DNA of 64,000 bases, from the IMG/VR virus record IMGVR_UViG_3300044733_004754. One strand, written 5' to 3'. This DNA is from a virus. The notes under the pieces were generated by a model that had not been told where the DNA came from, ran no database searches, and was given only the letters and a program-made list of their open reading frames with translations. The translations under genes were made by a program, and so were the position numbers. Shown here piece by piece: positions 1-9,405 of this stretch (position 1 is the stretch's first letter; every line of letters begins with the position of its first letter).

Positions 1-294
1 TATCCTGAGCTGTCGTACAAGCCCGATCATGTTCGTACTGAAGCCTTTGATGGCTCACGCGAGATCCATGCATACTTTGATTGTATCATTGATCCACAGA
101 GCAAACGGTATCTTTCAGAGGATTATAACTTTTGTTATCATGTTGCCAAGGCAGGTATGAAGACATGGTTATGTCCATGGATGAGCATGAACCACGTTGG
201 TAGCTATATCTTTGGTGGTAGCTTGGCTGACCTTGCTGCAATCGGTGCTCCGGCTACTGCAGATACTGGAATGTTGAAGAAAGGTAAAAAATGA
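1..294 (+). CDS. glycosyltransferase-like protein, C-terminal part (5' truncated)
   Basis: Frame 1 open from window start, ...FDCIIDPQSKRYLSEDYNFC...WLCPW..NHVG, TGA 292-294 overlaps gp45 ATG; not in ORF track. Confidence 0.6.
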   Translation, partial: YPELSYKPDHVRTEAFDGSREIHAYFDCIIDPQSKRYLSEDYNFCYHVAKAGMKTWLCPWMSMNHVGSYIFGGSLADLAAIGAPATADTGMLKKGKK

Positions 295-956
295 AACTTG
301 AAAATCGTACAGTACAGATTCTAAAGAACTTTGCTACGATTAATCCTTCAATGTTGTTTCGTGAGGGCAATACGCAGGTAACTATTGCTCCTCAACGGAA
401 CATTCTTGCTCGAACGACGGTCGCAGAGAACTTTCCTAAAGAGTTTGCTATCTTTGATCTATCACGGTTTATTGGAGTGCTATCATTATTTAATGAACCT
501 GAGATTGAATATGATGATTCGCGCCTACTGATTAGTCAAGGCCAGCAAAAGGTTGCATATACATTTGCTGACCCATCGTTCATTGTGGCACCCCCATCAA
601 AGACGCCTAATGTTCAAGATCCTGAGATCCTGTTTCGCCTGACATCCGAGCACTTGCAATCTACTATGCGTGCTCTTGGTGCTCTTCAAGCAACGCATAT
701 TATTGTAGAAGGGGATGGCGAAAACATTAGTATTGGTGTTGGTAAGCCGAGTGATCCGACAGGAGATACATTTAAGATTGAAGTAGGTCTTAGCAACCAT
801 TCATTTAAGTTTGCTTTCAAAGCAGAGAACATTAAAATCCTGACAGGTGATTATGACGTACAAATTTCCTCTCGCAACATTTCTCATTTCAAAGGTAGTG
901 ATGTAGAATATTGGATTATGGCAGATGCTAATCATTCCAACTTTGATACGAAATAA
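291..956 (+). CDS. gp45: sliding clamp
   Basis: ILKNFATINPS, FAIFDLSRFIGVL; first gene of 45-44-62-regA block. Confidence 0.95.
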   Translation: MKLENRTVQILKNFATINPSMLFREGNTQVTIAPQRNILARTTVAENFPKEFAIFDLSRFIGVLSLFNEPEIEYDDSRLLISQGQQKVAYTFADPSFIVAPPSKTPNVQDPEILFRLTSEHLQSTMRALGALQATHIIVEGDGENISIGVGKPSDPTGDTFKIEVGLSNHSFKFAFKAENIKILTGDYDVQISSRNISHFKGSDVEYWIMADANHSNFDTK

Positions 957-961
957 AAAAC

Positions 962-1900
962 ATGCGAGAAGATTTTCTTTGGGTCGAGCGCTATCGACCC
1001 CGTACTATTCGTGATACGATTCTACCAGAGGAGCTGAAGGTAACCTTTCAGAAGTTTGTTGATGAAGGTAATATTCCTAATATGCTTTTTACTGGTCGTG
1101 CTGGTATTGGTAAGACCACTGTTGCGCGAGCTCTCTTGGAGCAAATTGGTGCAGATTATATTGTTATTAATAGCAGTATGCATGGTAATATTGATACTCT
1201 TCGCACTGATATACTTAATTTTGCATCAACCGTTAGCTTTAGTGGGGGTCGTAAATATGTTATTCTAGACGAGGCCGACTATCTCAATCCTAATAGTACA
1301 CAACCTGCTCTTCGTAATTTTATAGAGCAGTATAGTAAGAACTGCGGCTTCATCCTCACATGCAACTTTAAAAATAAGTTGATTGAGCCTTTGTGGTCAA
1401 GGTGTAGCGTTGTTGATTTTGTTATCCCTAAAGAACAACGCTCAAAGATGGCTGCCGCATTCTTCAAACGTGTAAAAGATATCCTCACAACAGAAGGTGT
1501 AGAGTACGATAGTAAAGCAGTTGTGTCAGTGATTGAGAAACACTTCCCCGACTGGCGTCGAGTGTTGAACGAACTCCAACGATACTCGGCGACAGGTAGA
1601 ATCGATACAGGTATTCTATCCAACTTGCAAGAGGAAACATTCAAAACACTCGTTGGGTACCTTAAAAATAAGGAATTCACGAACGTTCGTAAATGGGTGG
1701 CTGAGAACGCTGATATCGATCAGCATGTATTCTTCCGTAAATTTTATGACTCGTCGTATGAGTTTATGAACTCATCTTCAGTAGCACAACTGGTACTACT
1801 TCTCTCAAAATACCAATATCAAGCAGCTTTTGTTGCTGATCAGGAGATTAATATGGCAGCATGCTTGACCGAAGTTATGGTCGAATGTGAGTTCAAATGA
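962..1900 (+). CDS. gp44: clamp loader large subunit
   Basis: LWVERYRP, Walker A GRAGIGKTT, ILDEAD, SRC motif. Confidence 0.97.
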   Translation: MREDFLWVERYRPRTIRDTILPEELKVTFQKFVDEGNIPNMLFTGRAGIGKTTVARALLEQIGADYIVINSSMHGNIDTLRTDILNFASTVSFSGGRKYVILDEADYLNPNSTQPALRNFIEQYSKNCGFILTCNFKNKLIEPLWSRCSVVDFVIPKEQRSKMAAAFFKRVKDILTTEGVEYDSKAVVSVIEKHFPDWRRVLNELQRYSATGRIDTGILSNLQEETFKTLVGYLKNKEFTNVRKWVAENADIDQHVFFRKFYDSSYEFMNSSSVAQLVLLLSKYQYQAAFVADQEINMAACLTEVMVECEFK

Positions 1901-2427
1901 ACTCTGTTGTGATAACAGGTCATACCGGTGGTCTTGGATCAGTTCTTATGTCCAAATATCAAGAAAAAGGATGGACCGTATTTGGTGCTTCACGAAGAAC
2001 AGGGTATGACTTTTCACAGCCTCGCGTAGCTCGTAACTTTTGTGAACAGTTACGTGGTTATGATGTTCTGATAAACACAATTACCGGATCAGCTCAACGT
2101 AACGTTTTAGAACACATGCACACTCAGTGGAGAGATCAGAAAAAAATAATCTTAAATGTTGGTAGTCGTGCAACACAGTATGGAGCTTCACCTTCTATTT
2201 CATATAGTGCAGACAAAGCTGCTTTAGATTTTGTTGTATCATCACTACAAGCACATGGACCACGTTGGCCAGCTATACTACATATACGTCCGGGTTTTTT
2301 TGATTCGAAGCGTGTTGAGTTGAAAAATGTTCCTAAGATGAAGACGGAGGATGTAGCTGATATGATTATGTTTATGATCGATAATGTTCATAAGTTTAGA
2401 ATTCTTGATATGATCCTTGTAGTATGA
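1897..2427 (+). CDS. short-chain dehydrogenase/reductase
   Basis: TGHTGGLG Rossmann motif, YSADK catalytic YxxxK. Confidence 0.8.
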   Translation: MNSVVITGHTGGLGSVLMSKYQEKGWTVFGASRRTGYDFSQPRVARNFCEQLRGYDVLINTITGSAQRNVLEHMHTQWRDQKKIILNVGSRATQYGASPSISYSADKAALDFVVSSLQAHGPRWPAILHIRPGFFDSKRVELKNVPKMKTEDVADMIMFMIDNVHKFRILDMILVV

Positions 2428-2849
2428 ATCCGTTTGATTTTGTTAACAGCATTAACTCAACAGATAAAAAAGATCTTATTAACGCTGGACAAGCCTTAGA
2501 AGATGATTATGTTCCGTTTGTTGTTAACAAGGCACTGTCCTACTTTCCTGAAACGATCCTTTATTCTAATCAGATAAACGCACTACCGCACGCAGGAAAA
2601 ATACTCCAATATCACTATCTTCTAAATACTGTTCGACCTGGAAAAAGGTTTGCTAAATGGGTGAAACGTGAGAACGTAGAAGATATTGAGGCTGTCAAAG
2701 AGTACTATAGTTATAGCATAGAAAAGGCACACCAAGCGCTTGCAATTCTCACGGTTGATAATTTGAATTATATAAAACAAAAATTACAAAGTGGTAGGAA
2801 TAATGATCAAATTGGAAACCTTAGTAGAAGTGACGCTAGCAAGCGATGA
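2424..2849 (+). CDS. gp62: clamp loader small subunit
   Basis: YVPFVVNKALS, LQYHYLLNTVRPGKRFAKW; synteny. Confidence 0.9.
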   Translation: MNPFDFVNSINSTDKKDLINAGQALEDDYVPFVVNKALSYFPETILYSNQINALPHAGKILQYHYLLNTVRPGKRFAKWVKRENVEDIEAVKEYYSYSIEKAHQALAILTVDNLNYIKQKLQSGRNNDQIGNLSRSDASKR

Positions 2850-3198
2850 AGACTTCTTAAAAGTACGCGAGACACTGACACGTATTGGTGTGGCATCCAA
2901 AAAAGAAAAGAAGCTATATCAGTCGTGTCATATTCTTCATAAACAAGGCCTGTACTACATCGTACACTTCAAAGAGTTGTTTGGCTTAGATAATAAGCCT
3001 TCAAACTTTTCTGAAGAAGATATTGCACGGCGTAATACTATAGCCAACTTGATAGCAGAGTGGGGCTTAGTCAAGCTAGTTGACCCGATCAAAACAAAAG
3101 AACCTGTTTCAGCTATGTCACAAATAAAAATACTTCCCTACAAAGAAAAGGATGATTGGGAGCTGGTTGCCAAATACAATATTGGACGCAAACTCTAA
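2803..3198 (+). CDS. regA: translational repressor RegA
   Basis: DFLKVRETLTRIG, LYQSCHILHKQG.YYIVHFKELF; ATG 2803 follows AGGA. Confidence 0.97.
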   Translation: MIKLETLVEVTLASDEDFLKVRETLTRIGVASKKEKKLYQSCHILHKQGLYYIVHFKELFGLDNKPSNFSEEDIARRNTIANLIAEWGLVKLVDPIKTKEPVSAMSQIKILPYKEKDDWELVAKYNIGRKL

Positions 3199-3509
3199 AT
3201 AGGATTGCCTTTATCAACAAGGCTAAATTTACTGCCACCTGTAAGTATGCAATAAAGACCTGATTTGTGTTTTTCAGCTACTGTCCAGGTCTTTGTTTCA
3301 CGGTTGACAAATAATATCATTGTTCCAGCATCGCTACCATTTTTGTCCGCTCGCTCAACCTCACCAATGATGAAAGGTTCCTCTTTGAATTCAGCTAACA
3401 CTTCGGCCAAGGCTTTAAGTGGGAAACACATCACTTGAAGCATCGATTGTGCTTGTGAGTAAGCTAAAGAGGAATAGAGAAGCAGGCCACCTAATAATAT
3501 TTTTTTCAT
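3195..3509 (-). CDS. small secreted/periplasmic protein
   Basis: Start at 3509 after AAGGA; signal peptide MKKILLGGLLLYSSLAYSQ. Confidence 0.7.
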   Translation of the reverse strand: MKKILLGGLLLYSSLAYSQAQSMLQVMCFPLKALAEVLAEFKEEPFIIGEVERADKNGSDAGTMILFVNRETKTWTVAEKHKSGLYCILTGGSKFSLVDKGNPI

Positions 3510-3531
3510 AGTATTTTCCTTGAAGGTTTGG

Positions 3532-3539
3532 TATTTATC
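3532..3539 (-). promoter_or_regulatory. T4-type late promoter-like (GATAAATA)
   Basis: One mismatch to TATAAATA, just upstream of ORF 3509. Confidence 0.5.
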
Positions 3540-4057
3540 TACCACTTCCCTGCTTCTTGTCCAAAGCCGTAAAACCAAACAAAGAATCGGATTGCGGCTG
3601 AAAGTGTTATAATTAATATTATGCCCCAAAAAACATTCTCAACGAACTTCTTACGACGCATAGCCTGATCGCGTATCATTTTTTCGCGACGCTCACGTAT
3701 CTCACGTCGGAGTTGATTGAACTGGCTGTACCCTTCCGCGCCGAGGTGTTGAAGTTCTCCATAGTAAAACATATTGTAAATGTCCGTCTCCATTTCACGT
3801 AGTCTTTGCTGAGCTATAATAATATCAAATGCTTCAGCGGTTTCACTCTTACCAAAACCAATCTTTTCGAATAATCCAACCTTCTGTTCACCCGTATCGG
3901 TTTTGTGATTGTTTATTAACTGTTGAAGTTGACCGGCTGCATCGGCCCATTTAGAGAGTTGTCTGTAAACACCTTCTATTTCTTGACCAACAGCAACAGC
4001 AGCTTTTAGTCCATTGAAGGCCGCTGTGACCGTTGCCATTAGAGAGATTGGATCCAT
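3539..4057 (-). CDS. membrane-anchored hypothetical protein
   Basis: MDPISL start, coiled coil, C-terminal TM helix. Confidence 0.75.
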   Translation of the reverse strand: MDPISLMATVTAAFNGLKAAVAVGQEIEGVYRQLSKWADAAGQLQQLINNHKTDTGEQKVGLFEKIGFGKSETAEAFDIIIAQQRLREMETDIYNMFYYGELQHLGAEGYSQFNQLRREIRERREKMIRDQAMRRKKFVENVFWGIILIITLSAAIRFFVWFYGFGQEAGKW

Positions 4058-4722
4058 TAATTAGCCAGAGGATTGTCTAACGCTTTTTTAATCTTATCAT
4101 CTACTTCACGGCGTATCGTTCTTAATTCCGCATTTGTTTCACGCTCAATACGATTGACACGCTCATTAACATTTTGTACCGTAGAGTCAACTTGCTTTTG
4201 CATTTCTCTTACTTGTGAATCAGCACTGCGGCGAATCTCTTTTATTTCTGCTTCAGTACCAAGTCTAATTTCTTTTATTTCACTGTCAATCTGTCTTCTA
4301 ATTTGGTTTATATCTTTTTCAACTTCACGTTGAGCAACTTTCGATCCGCGTTCAACGCCTTCTAAAACTTGTTCGGTTCGACGAATATCGCCTTTGAGAT
4401 TCGTGTTCACATCACGGGTGTATCCCAACATCTTTTCGTTATCTGCTTCTAATTTTATAATTCTTGCTTCATACTCACTGAAATCTGGTGCAACATAATT
4501 TGCAATTTTCTTCTTCATGCCCTCATAATCTTTATACGCTTCGAATACACCATACATACCACCAATCACAGAAGAAACAATACCAAATGCAATCATTAAC
4601 TTCGCTGGTGTGAAGCTATAACCACCAATGCTAATAACAGTATCTTTACTAGCATATTGCTTCATTGCATCCTGAAGTTGATCGACTTTTTTATCGACGT
4701 TCTTATCTTCTGTACTGCTCAT
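4057..4722 (-). CDS. single-TM long coiled-coil protein
   Basis: TM LMIAFGIVSSVIGGMYGVF, 11-residue-like repeats, ends ALDNPLAN. Confidence 0.75.
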   Translation of the reverse strand: MSSTEDKNVDKKVDQLQDAMKQYASKDTVISIGGYSFTPAKLMIAFGIVSSVIGGMYGVFEAYKDYEGMKKKIANYVAPDFSEYEARIIKLEADNEKMLGYTRDVNTNLKGDIRRTEQVLEGVERGSKVAQREVEKDINQIRRQIDSEIKEIRLGTEAEIKEIRRSADSQVREMQKQVDSTVQNVNERVNRIERETNAELRTIRREVDDKIKKALDNPLAN

Positions 4723-6163
4723 CTACCATCTCCTTATGGATTCTATCCGACCTTTGATTGAGTTGTCGTAATGCTCTTGCGTTATCTGCAATTGTTGCAC
4801 GTTTATAAATATCTTCTGCTTTGTAGAAAGGCATATCAGGTAATTTAGCCTGCTCGTACGCACTAAAACCAGGAACGGTAGACAATGAAGCCATTACAGC
4901 ATCTTGCGGATCTTGTTGAGCGTTTCTTTGGGAAGATTGTTGACTTCTCTGTTGATCACCCGCGCGTCGTTGTTGTTCTCTTATTTGTTGCCTTTGTTGT
5001 TGGGGTGACTGTGGCGAAACATTACGACTTGTTATATCAGTTCCTAGTTGCTGAGATTGTTGGTTAGAACTAAGAGCTTGATTAACAATTGGATCACTTG
5101 TTACTTGTGGTGTAGTTAATAACTTTGCAACATCTTCATTACCTACTGAAGGCACAGGAAGTGATGTTGTTGTAGATACCGCGGTAATCTGTTGTGTAAC
5201 CGTATAACCTGGGCACTGTGGGTTGCTTTGTGGGTTTGCAGAACATGCATCAGCAATTTGTTTCTTTCTAAAAGCGTCGGCATATCCTGGGCAACCAGAA
5301 TTGTAGAGCGGATTTAACGAACACTGTTGGTTGAAAAATGCTTGTTGATAAAGAGTGCATGCCTGAGAAAAAAGGGGATTGCGCGCGCACTGTTGGTTTA
5401 AATAAGCTGATTGATACCCAGGGCACTCAGGTGAATACAAAGGGTTCATCGAGCATTGTTGATTTCTATATGCCTGGGCATAACCTTGACAGTTAGGGCT
5501 GTATAAAGAATTGATACTACACTGTGATTGAAAAAATGCTTGTTGATAATTAGGGCAAGTTGTTGCATAAAGAGGATTCACTGCACACTCATCAACAACA
5601 TACATTGCATTCAATGAAATATTTCTAACTTGTGGTCCATAATAACCAGCCCAATACCTATCATCCTTTCCGCTAAAACTAACTTCAAATCTATCAACAG
5701 ATTGAAGATTGAAGGGGCTCCCGTAACTTCTTTTACTACTTACAGTTTCCCATCCATTAGTCTGATTAAGAAGATAGTTGTCTCTTTGTTTACTAAACCC
5801 AAATTCATCTTTCAGATCAACAGCGAAAGAAACGAAGCCTCTATTGAAGTCACTATTCATATACTGAAATGAATAATTGTATCCATGAAGTCTGAGATGG
5901 GTGCCTTGCAAAGCATCTCTCAACTTAATTTCTTGACTTACTATTTGTTGAGTGTAACCAAACAAAATAGTTTGGGTTGCAGGATTATAAGCTGCGCGAT
6001 TTCCCCCTGTTGTTCCTCCAGGATTATAATTACCTGTAACAGTATTCGCCCAATTGTTTTGTATTAAATTGGGTGTTGTCTGTATATTCTGAGCGTTACA
6101 GAAGAATGAGAAGAATAGCCAAGACGCCAAGCCCAGCAGAAACTTTTTGCCAGAAACTTGCAT
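4703..6163 (-). CDS. secreted protein with six CxxNPLYxxxCxGY repeats
   Basis: Signal peptide, beta-rich N domain, 22-aa Cys repeats, Q-rich linker. Confidence 0.8.
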   Translation of the reverse strand: MQVSGKKFLLGLASWLFFSFFCNAQNIQTTPNLIQNNWANTVTGNYNPGGTTGGNRAAYNPATQTILFGYTQQIVSQEIKLRDALQGTHLRLHGYNYSFQYMNSDFNRGFVSFAVDLKDEFGFSKQRDNYLLNQTNGWETVSSKRSYGSPFNLQSVDRFEVSFSGKDDRYWAGYYGPQVRNISLNAMYVVDECAVNPLYATTCPNYQQAFFQSQCSINSLYSPNCQGYAQAYRNQQCSMNPLYSPECPGYQSAYLNQQCARNPLFSQACTLYQQAFFNQQCSLNPLYNSGCPGYADAFRKKQIADACSANPQSNPQCPGYTVTQQITAVSTTTSLPVPSVGNEDVAKLLTTPQVTSDPIVNQALSSNQQSQQLGTDITSRNVSPQSPQQQRQQIREQQRRAGDQQRSQQSSQRNAQQDPQDAVMASLSTVPGFSAYEQAKLPDMPFYKAEDIYKRATIADNARALRQLNQRSDRIHKEMVDEQYRR

Positions 6164-6644
6164 TTGAATTCTCGCTTAAAGGTTTTGGTTTACGTTCAGG
6201 AGAAGTTTCCCAAACTCTTTTTGCATCTTCTCCAATCTTGCCGTCGACGGGACAGGGTGTTCCAGCATTCATCATAGCTTCGAACACTCGATCGTCTTGG
6301 CAGAGGGTAGCCACAGCAGCAACCTTCATCCCCATGTCGTATAGATTTTTGGCAAGTTTTAAACGTTCGCAGTTTAAATCACGGACCATTGTTCCACCAG
6401 AGATACCTAATATTTGAGTTTGTACAGCTCCACCGACACCGACAGTACAAAGGTCGTTGTTCAATACATTGAATGAAGGTGATATTGCTGATGCTGGTGG
6501 CGATCGAACAGTGGTATCGTTGACACTATTACTGTTTGTAGTTACAGTGCTTGTACTTTTTGAATCTGTAACAATCACATCACTTTGTGCAAACGCTAAC
6601 GAAGACATAACAAAAAGCACCAAAAGTGATAACTTTTTGAACAT
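6096..6644 (-). CDS. secreted, C-terminally anchored Cys-containing protein
   Basis: Signal peptide, 4 Cys, C-terminal TM; overlaps next gene by 68 nt. Confidence 0.8.
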   Translation of the reverse strand: MFKKLSLLVLFVMSSLAFAQSDVIVTDSKSTSTVTTNSNSVNDTTVRSPPASAISPSFNVLNNDLCTVGVGGAVQTQILGISGGTMVRDLNCERLKLAKNLYDMGMKVAAVATLCQDDRVFEAMMNAGTPCPVDGKIGEDAKRVWETSPERKPKPLSENSNASFWQKVSAGLGVLAILLILL

Positions 6645-6672
6645 GTTATATCCTTTCTAACTCTACGGCCTG

Positions 6673-6680
6673 TATTTATC
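6673..6680 (-). promoter_or_regulatory. T4-type late promoter-like (GATAAATA)
   Basis: Upstream of GAAAGGA RBS of the minus-strand operon. Confidence 0.55.
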
Positions 6681-6702
6681 CAATCCATTCCTGGAGGCAT
6701 GT

Positions 6703-6954
6703 ATGATTAAGTTTGAAGAAACAAAAGACGGATTCATCTTTAGTAAAGATGGTAAACACTTGGCTATTGGTATTTATGAACAAGGTAGCTTTCATTTGCT
6801 TCATGACGATAGGTTGCAGCATTTTTCAAACGCAATGACAGCATTTGTGCACCTGGGAGATATATACGAACCCCGTGATAACACTTATAAGATTCCAGAT
6901 CGCTTGAAACCTGTTGACTTCTCAAGAAAACAAAAAGACAATCGGTTCGTCTAA
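6703..6954 (+). CDS. hypothetical protein
   Basis: GGAGG RBS, 83 aa. Confidence 0.65.
   Translation: MIKFEETKDGFIFSKDGKHLAIGIYEQGSFHLLHDDRLQHFSNAMTAFVHLGDIYEPRDNTYKIPDRLKPVDFSRKQKDNRFV
6914..6942 (+). promoter_or_regulatory. sigma70-type early promoter
   Basis: TTGACT-17-GACAAT upstream of ORF 6970. Confidence 0.55.
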
Positions 6955-6969
6955 ATGTAAGGAGTAACC

Positions 6970-7281
6970 ATGCCTATCTATTTGATTAATTCCATTTCCA
7001 CCTTTGCAATGCAGCATGCTATTGAAGCCGACACGCTCGAGCATGCTCTGGATGAAATGGTTATGACTGAACATGACCGCCATTTTGACGAAGTATCACA
7101 AAAATGGCTTGGCGAACAGCTGATCGATGCTCGTGTAATCACAAAAGAAGAGCTGATTGACCATCTCCAGAAGCTAAAAGAGAATAAAGATTATATGACT
7201 TCTCATTGGATGGGCGAGAAGCTGATTCACAAAGTTAAGTACAACGGAAGAGAATCAAATGAAACTACAGATAGTAAGTGA
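6970..7281 (+). CDS. hypothetical protein
   Basis: AAGGAG RBS, 103 aa. Confidence 0.7.
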   Translation: MPIYLINSISTFAMQHAIEADTLEHALDEMVMTEHDRHFDEVSQKWLGEQLIDARVITKEELIDHLQKLKENKDYMTSHWMGEKLIHKVKYNGRESNETTDSK

Positions 7282-8029
7282 TCTTCATCTCGAGTTTGGA
7301 CCTATTGAAATTCTGAATGCTGGTGATACAGATGTTCTGATCTTGTCTGGTGATATCTGCCTTGCGTCAGAGTTTGATAAAGGTATCCGATCATTCTTTC
7401 AAAAATGCTCAGAAGAATTTAAAGACGTGATTTATATTATGGGTAATCACGAGCACTACAGTGGTGATTTTGCTCTGTCCGCAACATTGCTTCGTGAAGG
7501 ACTGGAGGAGTTCACAAACATCCACTTTATGGAAAAAAACACTATCACCATTAAAGATTATACCTTTATTGGCGCTACACTTTGGACCGATATGAATAAA
7601 AACGATCCAAACACTCTATGGCATGTGGGCCGTATGATGAATGACTTTCGTACCGTGAGAAACGGTGATAAAGGAAAGCTGAATCCTACAGATGTCTACG
7701 AAGAGCATCTGTCAACCCTGGAATACATTCGTAGTGTAGTTGATAAAGATCCGATGCAGAAATATGTTGTTGTGGGACATCATGCACCTTCAAAGCAATC
7801 CATCAAGCCACACTATCGTGGTGATCATTTAGTAAATGGTGCATACTCTTCAGACTTGTCGGAGTTCATCTTGGATCGTCCGCAAATTAAATTGTGGACG
7901 CACGGCCATACTCATGACAATTTTGATTACATGGTTGGAACCACTCGTGTACTTTGTAATCCTCGTGGATATTACAAATATGAAGAAAACGACAACTTTG
8001 ACCCTAACATGGTCGTGGAGCTTGAATGA
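7259..8029 (+). CDS. calcineurin-like metallophosphoesterase
   Basis: SDLHLE, GD, GNHE, HHAP, HGHTH. Confidence 0.92.
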   Translation: MKLQIVSDLHLEFGPIEILNAGDTDVLILSGDICLASEFDKGIRSFFQKCSEEFKDVIYIMGNHEHYSGDFALSATLLREGLEEFTNIHFMEKNTITIKDYTFIGATLWTDMNKNDPNTLWHVGRMMNDFRTVRNGDKGKLNPTDVYEEHLSTLEYIRSVVDKDPMQKYVVVGHHAPSKQSIKPHYRGDHLVNGAYSSDLSEFILDRPQIKLWTHGHTHDNFDYMVGTTRVLCNPRGYYKYEENDNFDPNMVVELE

Positions 8030-8448
8030 ATAATTGGGACACAAGGTTTCTTGACCTTGCATTTTTTGTATCACAGTGGTCAAAGGACCCATCAACCAAG
8101 GTGGGTTCTGTGATCGTTAATGAGCATAAACAAGTGCTCAGTATGGGGTACAATGGATTCCCACGTAATGTTGAAGACTCTGTTGAAAGATACGCAGACC
8201 GACGTACTAAGTACCTTTTTGTTGCTCACGCGGAACGTAATGCTCTTGATAATGCTTTTGTGGACGTCCGCGGAGCAACTCTTTATTCTACTCTTTGTCC
8301 TTGTAACGAGTGTGCAAAAAGCATAATTCAGAGAGGCATTAAGAAAGTTGTAACAACAGTACCTCCGCTAGAAAAGAAAGAAGCCCTCAACATGAACATA
8401 ACATTTCAAATGTTCAAAGAGGCTGATGTAGAACTTGTATTTGAATGA
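8026..8448 (+). CDS. cd: dCMP deaminase
   Basis: SKDPSTKVG, GYNG, HAE, PCNEC. Confidence 0.93.
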   Translation: MNNWDTRFLDLAFFVSQWSKDPSTKVGSVIVNEHKQVLSMGYNGFPRNVEDSVERYADRRTKYLFVAHAERNALDNAFVDVRGATLYSTLCPCNECAKSIIQRGIKKVVTTVPPLEKKEALNMNITFQMFKEADVELVFE

Positions 8449-8456
8449 TGGAGTAG

Positions 8457-8464
8457 TATAAATA
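8457..8464 (+). promoter_or_regulatory. T4 late promoter TATAAATA
   Basis: Exact consensus upstream of hsp20 leader. Confidence 0.7.
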
Positions 8465-8468
8465 TATT

Positions 8469-8551
8469 CATCTCTCGGGATGGGATCAAGCAGTGTGGGG
8501 TTAAGGCTTGTAAAATATTCCCCACACCAACGCCTTCGGGGTTGGTTTTTT
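8469..8551 (+). ncRNA. candidate structured hsp20 leader (pseudoknot plus UUCG hairpin and U-tract)
   Basis: CAAGC/GCTTG and GTGTGGGG/CCCCACAC interleaved; CCAAC-GCC-TTCG-GG-GTTGG-T6. Confidence 0.5.
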
Positions 8552-8580
8552 ATTTTAACTCGCTTAATTAAGGAGCAATT

Positions 8581-9066
8581 ATGACATACATTAAAGATGT
8601 TTTTGGCCGCGATCTGTTCAAAGATTTTGACAAGTTTTATGTTGGATTCGATGAACAATTTAACAGAATGGCTAAGATGCACGATGATCTTACCAAGTCC
8701 ATTCCAAACTACCCTCCATACAATATCAAAAAGACTGGTGACAACACATATGTTGTTGAGCTAGCTGTTGCTGGTTTTGCCCGTCAAGATATTGAAATTG
8801 AGCTAGCAGACAACAAGATGATCGTGCGTGGTAACACCGCTTCTGAAGAAGACGATAAGAACTTTATTTGGAAAGGCATTGCCAATCGTAACTTCACACG
8901 TACGTTTGCACTTGAAGATCAAATCGAGGTCAAGGATGCGGAAATGCTGAACGGCATGCTTCGTGTTTTCCTCGAGCGTATTATTCCTGACCACAAAAAG
9001 CCAAAGAAGGTTGAGGTTAAAGAAAAGGCTTCAACAAAATCACAATCACAACTACTTACAGAATAG
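8581..9066 (+). CDS. hsp20: small heat shock protein
   Basis: YPPYNI, ELAVAGF, GIANRNFTRTF, NGML. Confidence 0.95.
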   Translation: MTYIKDVFGRDLFKDFDKFYVGFDEQFNRMAKMHDDLTKSIPNYPPYNIKKTGDNTYVVELAVAGFARQDIEIELADNKMIVRGNTASEEDDKNFIWKGIANRNFTRTFALEDQIEVKDAEMLNGMLRVFLERIIPDHKKPKKVEVKEKASTKSQSQLLTE

Positions 9067-9086
9067 TCCAAAAGATTAGCTGTAAG

Positions 9087-9115
9087 GATAGCCGGCCCTG
9101 CCGGCTATCTTTGTT
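9087..9115 (+). terminator. stem-loop after hsp20, probable terminator
   Basis: GATAGCCGGC-CCT-GCCGGCTATC followed by TTTGTT. Confidence 0.65.
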
Positions 9116-9134
9116 CACAAGACAAAGGATAAAA

Positions 9135-9278
9135 ATGCAGACCGTTATACAAAAACTAAAAACATGGTGGACCTCTCTCCAACAATCAGAAGCTGAGCGT
9201 TATTTGTCGCACGCCGTCGACGCTGCGGATTTAAAGGTTCGTATACAACACTTACGTGACAGGGGGATCCCAGCATGA
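9135..9278 (+). CDS. DUF3563-like small protein (47 aa)
   Basis: AAGGA RBS; ERYLSHAVDAADLKVRIQHL; below ORF-track cutoff. Confidence 0.6.
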   Translation: MQTVIQKLKTWWTSLQQSEAERYLSHAVDAADLKVRIQHLRDRGIPA

Positions 9279-9373
9279 GTAAAATCAAAACATTCCTCTC
9301 ATTTATACTCGACTTCTTTCATGAAGTAGGTAAACTACGTGCTAAAACAAAGGCTCGCTATAATATGCATTGA
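9275..9373 (+). CDS. small hypothetical protein (32 aa)
   Basis: ATGA overlap; MSKIKTFLSFILDFFHEVGKLRAK. Confidence 0.45.
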   Translation: MSKIKTFLSFILDFFHEVGKLRAKTKARYNMH

Positions 9374-9380
9374 CTAAATA
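9373..9380 (+). promoter_or_regulatory. late promoter-like ACTAAATA
   Basis: TAAATA core about 25 nt before ORF 9406. Confidence 0.4.
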
Positions 9381-9405
9381 GGGTATCAACCCTTTTTTAA
9401 GTGCC

